Assembly (NCBI GenBank): GCA_040389905.1
Contig: JAZJZK010000023.1
Location: 189,250 to 253,249, forward strand
Origin: Gemmatimonadota bacterium
GTDB lineage: Bacteria > Gemmatimonadota > Gemmatimonadetes > Gemmatimonadales > Gemmatimonadaceae
Length of the DNA: 64,000 nt
Direction: 5' to 3'
Position 1 is the stretch's first letter. The number at the start of each line of letters is the position of its first letter. The notes under the pieces were generated by a model. The model had not been told where the DNA came from. It worked only from the letters and a program-made list of their open reading frames with translations, and made no database searches. Positions 56,991 to 64,000 of this stretch are shown here, piece by piece. The translations under genes were made by a program, and so were the position numbers.

Positions 56991-57748
56991 ACCGGCCGCC
57001 TCTGAAGATGCGCGGCCTCGTCGTGACGCTCCTGTTCGCCGCGACGGGTTTCGTTTCATGTGGGTACGCGACAGAACCAATTCCTCGCGCGAAATCCAGG
57101 TTCAGCGTGCTGGTCATCGGCAATGACCTCGTCCTGACGCAACAACTTGCGGTCGTCCTGAACGGAATGGGCCGCGGTCTGCCTGATACGCTCGACGTCC
57201 AACTGATCGCCAAGCCTGGCTACTCTCTCGCCGATCACTACGTATCCGGGCCTGCGCTGGAGGCGATTCGCGCAGGAGGCTGGCGTTTCGTCATCTTGCA
57301 GGACCGTGCGATCCCGAGCGGTGATGTGCGGCTGCTGGTGAAGGAATGGGCAGCGGAATTCGCAACTGCGATCGCCGCGACGGGAGCGCGTACAGCGATC
57401 ATCAGTCCGTACGCTGGGTTAACTGACTATCTTCGCAAGCCGTCGTCGGCAACGTCGTACGAGGGGATCGCCACGGATATCGGCGCGCTGAATATTCACG
57501 TGGGTGCGGCGTGGACGCAGGCATGGAACCGCAATCAGTTCCTGCCGTTCTTCGCGTCGAACGACACCTTGCCGTCCACTCTGGCCACGTACCTTACGGC
57601 AATGGTCATTTACAGTACGATTACTGGGACCAGACCATCGGACCTGCCGACAGGGATGCGATTAGCGGGCGGCGATTCGATCGCCTTCACGGCCGACGTG
57701 GCGGCGATCCTCCGCGCGGCGGCGACGGATGCGGTGAATGGCAAATAG
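56987..57748 (+). CDS. SGNH/GDSL-like lipoprotein, apparently lacking catalytic residues
   Basis: VLVIGND (normally GNS), W.FVILQ, DTLPS (normally DxxH.S); ATGA overlap. Confidence 0.65.
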   Translation: MNRPPLKMRGLVVTLLFAATGFVSCGYATEPIPRAKSRFSVLVIGNDLVLTQQLAVVLNGMGRGLPDTLDVQLIAKPGYSLADHYVSGPALEAIRAGGWRFVILQDRAIPSGDVRLLVKEWAAEFATAIAATGARTAIISPYAGLTDYLRKPSSATSYEGIATDIGALNIHVGAAWTQAWNRNQFLPFFASNDTLPSTLATYLTAMVIYSTITGTRPSDLPTGMRLAGGDSIAFTADVAAILRAAATDAVNGK

Positions 57749-57765
57749 GATGGTGTGAAAAGCTG

Positions 57766-57803
57766 CTCGTTTTGTCGCCCTGGGAGAAGCGAACGGCCTG
57801 CAC
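57766..57803 (+). repeat. REP-like family A variant
   Basis: CTCGTTTTGTCGCCCTGGGAGAAGCGAACGGCCTGCAC. Confidence 0.75.
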
Positions 57804-57834
57804 GTGAAATTCGGTGTGTCAGTGGGACGTGTTT

Positions 57835-57926
57835 TTGAGGAGCGGATCTTACGGATGCGACGGAAACTGCCGAATCAATGAAGGAATCCGGTAGTTTCAG
57901 TCGCATCCGTCAAATTCGCTCCTCAA
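57835..57926. repeat. 41-bp imperfect inverted repeat (family C)
   Basis: 57835-57875 vs 57886-57926, 6 mismatches; between convergent genes. Confidence 0.85.
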
Positions 57927-57980
57927 TTCGTACACGCTTGAGTGACATCGGAACTGCGGAGGGTGCAGGCCGGCAACCTT

Positions 57981-59222
57981 TCACGTGTTCGCCGACCTCC
58001 GAAACAAATTCAGCAGATACGACGCCCGCAGCACCTCACTTGCCGGCACAAAGTTGCCCGTGACACCAACGAGGAGATCCGCCATATCCTTCCTCGCCTC
58101 GAGCGTACGCGCGAAGTAGTTGATCGCCGGCGCGTAGCTGACGGCCGCGTTGATCAGTTTCTCCACGATCCACTTTCCGCGAAACTCCGCCCGGCGCTGA
58201 CGGTCGTATTCGCGCAGGGCGTCGTCAGAGGCCGCCATGGATATCGCGCCGAGCGCGCGCATGGCGTGGGGTGCCAGCATCTCCCCTCCGCGAAGCGCCG
58301 AGTAGATCCCCTCTCCGGTGAACGGATCGAAGAAGTCCGCGGCGTCCCCCACGAGGGCCGCACCGGGAGCCCACGCCCGCCGCGCATGTGACGCGAATGG
58401 GCCAGTCGCGACCACCGGCGTCACGCGCCGAGCGCCGGCGACGCGCGGCGCGAGCTGCGGCCGACTCGAGAGCCACTGCTCGAAGAAGGCAGTCCGGTCG
58501 CGGCTGACCTCGCGACCGGCGGACGCCGGAACGACCATGGCAACGTTGGTCAGCCCGCCCTCGACCGAGGCCAATCCGACGTACCCAACGTCGCGCTCGA
58601 CGTGCATCTCCCCCCAGTTACCGACACCGGCAAACGCCTCGAAGTGCGCGACGAGTCCGATTCGCCTCGGCCACACGCGACTCGTGCGTGACAAGTCGAG
58701 CCGCCGCCCGACGATCGAGCGAAGGCCATCCGCACCGACGACCAATGGCGCCATGAGGACGGCTTTGCCGCCCCCGGGCAGGAGCACGTGAACTCCAGTG
58801 ATGCGACCGCCGGAATCACGTTCAACATCGATGGCACGCACTCCCTCGCGCACCTCGGCGCCGGCGTTGCGCGCGCAGTCGAGCAGAATCGCGTCGAGTA
58901 CCACGCGTCGTAGCGCCAGCCCCCGATTTCGGAAGGCGTGGTAGCCGTGTTGCGCGACGAAATCCCCACGGAGCGCGTGTCCGTTCGGCGCGCGGACGAT
59001 CATTCCCGACAGGTGCGCGGCACCCGCCCGTTCCACCTGTGTTAGGGCACCCATTGCATTCAGCAGACGCGATGCTTCCGGACTCAGGTATTCCGCGCAT
59101 GGCTTGCTCCGCGGAAACTGCGCACGATCGAGCACGAGCACGCGTGCGCCCGCTTGGCTCAGCGCAAAGGCGGTCGAGGCACCTGCCGGACCGCCGCCGA
59201 CCACGATGACGTCGTGCGTCAC
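57981..59222 (-). CDS. FAD-dependent oxidoreductase (geranylgeranyl reductase / aromatic monooxygenase-like)
   Basis: DVIVVGGGPAG, FPRSKPCAE, VVGADG, LVGDAA..DPFTGEGI; GTGA coupling to DUF92. Confidence 0.9.
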   Translation of the reverse strand: MTHDVIVVGGGPAGASTAFALSQAGARVLVLDRAQFPRSKPCAEYLSPEASRLLNAMGALTQVERAGAAHLSGMIVRAPNGHALRGDFVAQHGYHAFRNRGLALRRVVLDAILLDCARNAGAEVREGVRAIDVERDSGGRITGVHVLLPGGGKAVLMAPLVVGADGLRSIVGRRLDLSRTSRVWPRRIGLVAHFEAFAGVGNWGEMHVERDVGYVGLASVEGGLTNVAMVVPASAGREVSRDRTAFFEQWLSSRPQLAPRVAGARRVTPVVATGPFASHARRAWAPGAALVGDAADFFDPFTGEGIYSALRGGEMLAPHAMRALGAISMAASDDALREYDRQRRAEFRGKWIVEKLINAAVSYAPAINYFARTLEARKDMADLLVGVTGNFVPASEVLRASYLLNLFRRSANT

Positions 59223-60028
59223 GAAATCGTCGAAAGAACAGCGGCCACGGCCGCTCCGGCCACCGACGCCAGCAGGTTCACGAGATCGTTGTCCATCCAC
59301 GCCCATCCGCCGGCATGAGTCGTCGGTGTGCCGCAGTCGTGAACACGCCGTTCCGACGGCTTCTCGCACGTCGCGCACCAGCGTCGCTCCTGGACGGTCG
59401 CGCCGAGCAGGGAGTCGCACAGGGCGCCAGCGATGCCGGCCACCGTCACGCTGCCCGGGGTTCCCGACAGGTGCATCGCCGCCGCACTGGCAGCAATGAA
59501 CCCCGCGCCCGCGGCCGAGGCGACGAATCCGGGCAGGCTGACTCCGCCGGAGGTCCCGCGCGGCACCTGCCCCAGCGTGACAATGGAGCGCGGAGCGCGC
59601 CCGAAGAGTGTACCGATTTCCGTCGCCCACGTATCCGCGGTTGCCGAGGCGAGCGCGCCGAGTGCCGCGGACGTCATCGCGCTGCTGAAGAGGGTCGGTC
59701 CAAATTGTCCGAAGAGTGCACTCACCGCGAAGACGCCGCCGTTCGCAATGACCTGCGTCGCGTCTCGGGTGCCGCCCTTCGCGACAATGCCACGCGTCAA
59801 ACGCTCGCGCTCGTCACGCCGGTAATGAGAGAGCGACACCGTGACGACAAAATACAGCACGAGCAGCGCGCCCCATTTCCACCCGGCGCCGTTGGCGCTC
59901 GTACCGACGGCGATGGCCGCGACTCCGCCGGAGTACGACAGCGATCCGGCTCGCCAGGCGGCGTACGCAATCGCGGACGCCAGGACAAGTCCCCACAGTG
60001 CCCGCTCGAGCATGAGCGTCGAAGCCAT
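59219..60028 (-). CDS. DUF92 (TMEM19/VTE6-like) membrane protein
   Basis: RDATQVIANG, ADTWATEIG, GTSGGVS..G, DSLLGATVQ, CxxC..H.C, DNDLVN. Confidence 0.9.
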   Translation of the reverse strand: MASTLMLERALWGLVLASAIAYAAWRAGSLSYSGGVAAIAVGTSANGAGWKWGALLVLYFVVTVSLSHYRRDERERLTRGIVAKGGTRDATQVIANGGVFAVSALFGQFGPTLFSSAMTSAALGALASATADTWATEIGTLFGRAPRSIVTLGQVPRGTSGGVSLPGFVASAAGAGFIAASAAAMHLSGTPGSVTVAGIAGALCDSLLGATVQERRWCATCEKPSERRVHDCGTPTTHAGGWAWMDNDLVNLLASVAGAAVAAVLSTIS

Positions 60029-60104
60029 TGAGTGCCCCCTCGGTTCCCGTTAGCTTCACGGCTGCCTTCGTTCTTCCTGCCGCCCTGCCGTCCAAAGTAG
60101 TTCT

Positions 60105-60737
60105 ATGCTCGCCACTGTCGACGCTTTACTCCCACTCAGTTTTCTGCAAGCGGTTCGAGATGTCGATACTCCGGAGGGAGAGCTCGAGGCGGAGTTCGTG
60201 GACGAGCTGCGAAACAAGCGCTTCGGGCTGAGTGATACCGTCTACTCGCAGATCAAGCGATACACGGAGGCCGTTCGTCGCAACCTGCGCACGCCGCAGG
60301 ACGACACGATCGCCCTCGCGCGGTTGATCGGCCGGCGGCCGGACGCGGAGGCCGTACTGCGCGCCGCGGGGCGCTTCCTCGCGCAGGAGGCGTACATGAC
60401 GATCAATCCCGTGTCGCGCGCCATTCTCAAGTTCACGCCGGCGATGATTTCCAAGCCGATGGCGTTTCGGCGGGCGCATCGCATCACGCAGCGATACCTG
60501 AACGGCAATCTTCGGCGCGTCGGCCAGTTTGTGTTGCTCGAAATTCCGCGCTCCGTCACCCTCGGCGTCGCGACCGGGAGCACAGGCTGCGCATTCTACG
60601 AGTCGACGCTGCGGGAGCTGATGCGGCTCCTCATTGGGACGACGGGGTCCGTGGAGCACACGAGGTGCGAGGGGCGCGGGGAAGGGAGCTGCGAGTGGAG
60701 GGCGGATTGGCGGGGAGCGGACAGGGCGCGGGGATAG
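60105..60737 (+). CDS. Hypothetical protein with V4R-like C-terminus
   Basis: GCAFY...LREL and VEHTRCEGRGEGSCEW (three-Cys V4R/BchJ-type pattern). Confidence 0.7.
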   Translation: MLATVDALLPLSFLQAVRDVDTPEGELEAEFVDELRNKRFGLSDTVYSQIKRYTEAVRRNLRTPQDDTIALARLIGRRPDAEAVLRAAGRFLAQEAYMTINPVSRAILKFTPAMISKPMAFRRAHRITQRYLNGNLRRVGQFVLLEIPRSVTLGVATGSTGCAFYESTLRELMRLLIGTTGSVEHTRCEGRGEGSCEWRADWRGADRARG

Positions 60738-60739
60738 CC

Positions 60740-60846
60740 GGGCTCGGGCTCAGGCCAACTGCGGGCTTGGGCGCGGGCTGGGGCTACGGCCCGGGCTTGG
60801 GCGCACCTGCAGGCTGAGGGCTGGGGCTCGCGCATGGGCTGGGGCA
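60740..60846. repeat. Degenerate GGGCNN hexamer tract
   Basis: GGGCTC GGGCTC...GCGGGC TTGGGC GCGGGC TGGGGC TACGGC CCGGGC TTGGGC. Confidence 0.65.
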
Positions 60847-60892
60847 TTGGAAGGGGAGAGGCACCCGCTGTTTTCAGTTGTGGCGGTTCCGT

Positions 60893-60932
60893 TCGTTTTG
60901 TCGCCCTTGAGCGGAGCCAAGGGCCTGCACCT
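60893..60932 (+). repeat. REP-like family A variant
   Basis: TCGTTTTGTCGCCCTTGAGCGGAGCCAAGGGCCTGCACCT. Confidence 0.8.
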
Positions 60933-60975
60933 TCGCTCGGTGATCAGCTGAATCGTCTCTACAACGCCACACCCC

Positions 60976-61012
60976 CTGACAATCTGCAAGCTGCGGCTGA
61001 TCACTGAGCACC
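60976..61012 (+). repeat. Family D single arm
   Basis: CTGACAATCTGCAAGCTGCGGCTGATCACTGAGCACC, similar to 486-522 with the same preceding C-run. Confidence 0.75.
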
Positions 61013-61087
61013 TGTCACAGCTGCGGCCGGAGAAGCAATTCTTGTTCATCCAACACTACCGCACCACCATTTCATTCAAGACATGAC

Positions 61088-62269
61088 ATGCTGACTCCCA
61101 CCTCGCTGCCAGCCCTCCAGCAGGCCCTCACAGAAGCCGACCTCGATGGCTGGCTGCTGTACGATTTCCAAGGGGTCAACCCCATCGCCATGGGGATGCT
61201 CGGCCTCAAAGGCTTCATTTCCCGGCGCATCTTCGTGTGGGTTCCAAGTGAAGGCGTTCCGCACGCGCTCGGCCACGCGATCGAGCCGGGACCCTGGATG
61301 ACGTGGCCTGCAGAGTGGACCAAGTCGAGCTACAGTTCGTGGCGCAGCCTGGAAGGCAGTCTCGCAGACCTCGTGCGCGGCAAACGGATCGCGATGGAAT
61401 ACTCCGTCGGTGACGCGGTGCCGTATCTGGATCGCGTGCCCGCCGGTGTCCTCGACATGATTCGCAGTGCGGGCGCGTCGTCGATCACGTCGAGCGGAGA
61501 GCTCGTGACCCGATTCTACGCGCAGTGGACAGATGCGCACATCGCGTCGCACGTTCGCGCGGCGGAGATCATTGCCACTATCGCGCAGGCGGCGTTCCTC
61601 ATCGCCGGTGAGCGAGCACGGTCGCCCCAGCCGATCTGTGAGCACGAGTTGATGGCGTGGATCAAGGAGCGTTTTGCACGGGCGAAGCTCACCACGGATC
61701 ACGGTCCGAACGTGAGCGCCGGCGCGAACGCCGCGAATCCGCACTACGAGCCGTCGGCGGACAACCCGCGGAAGATCGTCCTAGGTGATGTGCTACTGAT
61801 CGACCTGTGGGCCACGGAAGACAACGGCATCTATGCGGACCAGACGTGGATGGCAACGGTCGGTCAGCCGTCCGCGCGGGCGCAGGAGGTATGGCGCGCC
61901 GTACGCGATGCGCGAGACGCGGCCATCAAGTTTGTGGTCGACGGAGTGGCCGCCGGAACCTCGCTGCGCGGTGGTGATGTCGATGACGTCGCACGTGCCG
62001 TGATCACCGAGCGCGGCTTCGGCGAATACTTCACGCACCGCACGGGTCACTCGATCGACTCCCGGTCGCTGCACGGACAAGGGCCGCATCTCGACAATCT
62101 CGAGACGCGCGAGGAGCGACTGCTCGTTCCAGGTGTCGGCTTCTCGATCGAGCCCGGCGTCTACATCCCCGGAGAAATCGGTGTGCGGTCCGAGGTCAAT
62201 GTTTATCTGCTCGCAGGAAAGGCGGTCGTCACCCCGCGTGTGTACCAGCAGGAGCTCATCGTGGTGTAA
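61088..62269 (+). CDS. M24 family Xaa-Pro aminopeptidase
   Basis: NPHY, LLIDLW, YADQT, HRTGHSI, FSIEPGVY, GVRSE. Confidence 0.92.
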   Translation: MLTPTSLPALQQALTEADLDGWLLYDFQGVNPIAMGMLGLKGFISRRIFVWVPSEGVPHALGHAIEPGPWMTWPAEWTKSSYSSWRSLEGSLADLVRGKRIAMEYSVGDAVPYLDRVPAGVLDMIRSAGASSITSSGELVTRFYAQWTDAHIASHVRAAEIIATIAQAAFLIAGERARSPQPICEHELMAWIKERFARAKLTTDHGPNVSAGANAANPHYEPSADNPRKIVLGDVLLIDLWATEDNGIYADQTWMATVGQPSARAQEVWRAVRDARDAAIKFVVDGVAAGTSLRGGDVDDVARAVITERGFGEYFTHRTGHSIDSRSLHGQGPHLDNLETREERLLVPGVGFSIEPGVYIPGEIGVRSEVNVYLLAGKAVVTPRVYQQELIVV

Positions 62270-62361
62270 CCTGCGGGCGAGGACTCGCCTACCTGCTTGG
62301 GGTGCCACCGAAGCGGGTTTTGAACGCGACGGCCCTCCTTGATGTCGCTTGATCCGTTGCC

Positions 62362-63213
62362 TCAGGGGCGCTCGCGTTCCAGCACTGAGCCACTGCTGTA
62401 CCGCGTCCACACAAAGATCGCCGCGCACCCGTCACCGCGAGCCTTCTCTGGAAGCTGCGCCACGCCGCGATACAACTCCATCGCTTCGATCTCGCTTGTT
62501 TTCAGCTGCGCGAGCGTTGCCAGTGGATCGCCGACCTTCATGCCGTCGATAAACAGCTGGAACGTGCCTCTGAACTCGCTTCCGTTCGGCGCGAGTAGAT
62601 CCGCCTTGCCACTCCCTGCAAACGCGTTGTGCGGCGTCGCCTGACATCGCGCGAAGCGGAAGATCGGCGGCTGGCCGCTTCGCATGGTGAACTCCACACC
62701 AGGAATCGTGCGAAGCAACTCAATGGCGTCAGACCTGTCTGCCCGTTCAATCTCTTCGCGGGTGAAGAACGTTCCGCCAATCGCAGTTGCCTTGCGCTCA
62801 TAGAACTCGTCAAACTTGCCCGTGTTTGCGTACCGCGCCGGCTTGCCTGTGGCGTTTGCCGTGATCTTCACCGAGTCAAGGAACACCGGCAGCCGGCGCA
62901 GCTGGATGTTCAGCGAATAGGCGGGCTGCGTTACAACAAGTAGCGTGTCATACGGCTCATAGCCGATCGCGCGGACATGCAGGAACCGCCTTCCTTTTAG
63001 CGCGACCAACGTGAACTGCCCGCGTGGGTCAGTGGTCGCACCAGCGACGGTGCCGGCAATCGAGACAATACTTCCGGCGAGCACCCCACCCGACCCAAGG
63101 ACTGTACCAGTCAATAGTGACGTGCTGTCCACGGGTAATACAGTCTGACCGCACAGGAGACGTGGGACGACAAAGCATCCCACAAATGCATAAGCGAGCA
63201 CTAACTGCCTCAC
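62362..63213 (-). CDS. Carboxypeptidase-regulatory-like plus TonB-plug-like protein without barrel
   Basis: TTDPRGQF, RAIGYEP, FYERK, TREEIE, LLRTIPGV, FIDG, IEAMELYRG, GCAAIFVWT; GAGGAG RBS before GTG 63213. Confidence 0.8.
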   Translation of the reverse strand: MRQLVLAYAFVGCFVVPRLLCGQTVLPVDSTSLLTGTVLGSGGVLAGSIVSIAGTVAGATTDPRGQFTLVALKGRRFLHVRAIGYEPYDTLLVVTQPAYSLNIQLRRLPVFLDSVKITANATGKPARYANTGKFDEFYERKATAIGGTFFTREEIERADRSDAIELLRTIPGVEFTMRSGQPPIFRFARCQATPHNAFAGSGKADLLAPNGSEFRGTFQLFIDGMKVGDPLATLAQLKTSEIEAMELYRGVAQLPEKARGDGCAAIFVWTRYSSGSVLERERP

Positions 63214-63442
63214 GGATACTCCTCGAAGTTTGACGTAGTGCAACAAGTTCGTCAGGTCACTTCTCTTGGGTAAATACACCGGTGAGCACTCCACTTCGCG
63301 GCACGCCTGCGTGCGTGCTTCGCTGACTCGCCTAGAATCGTGGCCACTGAGCCATCCAATCGCAACGCCTTGACCTCGACCGCTCTGTCACTCGTGCTTC
63401 TAGAGCTGCTGGCACTGGCTGCACGGTGTTGATCTTTTCAGG

Positions 63443-63943
63443 CTACAGGGACAACAGGGCGGTGCGCGCCCTCACCGCCCTGCCAGCCGTCGCGGAATAC
63501 TCTCGACCGATGACCTTCGCCTCACAAGTGAGCGCATATTCTCTCCCCGCATCGCGCCTACGCGTCAGTTCGCCAAGTTTCCCGGCAATCGCTCCGTCGG
63601 GCCTCAGATTGAGGCTAGTCAACGCCAGTTGCGGCGCGCATGGTTCCGCCTCAAAACAAGGATTTCCTCCCATGCCGTCATAGCAAATGGCGTTGCCCCA
63701 TTGGCCTGCGGGATGGGGCGTCACCTCGACACAGACCCAGCCAGTGAGCTCGCCGGTGTACTCACAGGTGTAACATTTGCCGAGCAAACTCGCATGGCCG
63801 CTTTCGGCAGGGGTCGCAGTCGCCAGCACTGCGTCGCTTCCTTGCGTACCGGACATAGGTATGCTTTGTGCCTGTGTCGCCTTGCTTGCGGCTGTGAGCA
63901 ACAGTGCCACGCAGGCGATACCCACTCGTATACGATGACTCAT
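63443..63943 (-). CDS. Small secreted cysteine-rich protein
   Basis: Signal peptide ending TQA-Q; CYTC...C...C...C...C cluster plus a distal TCEAK..GREY; GGGG RBS-like run. Confidence 0.65.
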   Translation of the reverse strand: MSHRIRVGIACVALLLTAASKATQAQSIPMSGTQGSDAVLATATPAESGHASLLGKCYTCEYTGELTGWVCVEVTPHPAGQWGNAICYDGMGGNPCFEAEPCAPQLALTSLNLRPDGAIAGKLGELTRRRDAGREYALTCEAKVIGREYSATAGRAVRARTALLSL

Positions 63944-64000
63944 ACCCCCCGGTGTCAGGATAGATGTCGCACGACCGCAGTAGCTTAAGCGGTCAAACGA

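Noticed and set aside
60740..60846. G-rich hexamer tract as a coding or special functional element
   Set aside because: Degenerate, intergenic low-complexity tract; G-quadruplex potential cannot be supported from sequence alone
1..64000. tRNA, rRNA, riboswitches, IS transposases, prophage genes
   Set aside because: None recognised by eye; an Infernal/Rfam or tRNAscan run is needed to exclude small structured RNAs

Overview
GC-rich bacterial chromosomal window with about 60 CDS. The gene style (BTAD/TPR regulator, carboxypeptidase-regulatory/TonB-plug protein, insertion-bearing M28 and M14 peptidases, V4R-like protein) suggests Gemmatimonadota, which is an inference. Recognisable genes are ccmABCD, trmL, mqnB-mqnD, hemC-hemB, alpha-2-macroglobulin with pbpC, ppa, a vapBC pair, an OPT transporter and a hydroquinone-type catabolic trio. 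No rRNA, tRNA, CRISPR-Cas or transposase gene was seen. The main signals are: (1) a probably non-coding array of nine units with an exact 22-bp period (core GTCCAGTGAAC, invariant in 8 of 9 units, plus a semi-variable 11-mer) at 5949-6142, beside a decayed zinc-ribbon gene and a duplicated, frameshifted exported-protein gene; (2) a co-oriented cluster of DUF92, FAD oxidoreductase, flavin reductase, methyltransferase, SRPBCC cyclase, FabF-like ketosynthase and MIP channel, which looks like an uncharacterised polyketide/lipid pathway with no ACP or chain-length factor; (3) at least five families of short palindromic or REP/MITE-like repeats, one copy apparently translated in frame inside the CcmB N-terminus; (4) an acyl-CoA ligase that seems to start at a CTG codon; (5) an 11-bp-spaced direct repeat between a SARP/BTAD regulator and a divergent beta-helix lipoprotein. 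All product calls come from motif recognition by eye, not database searches.
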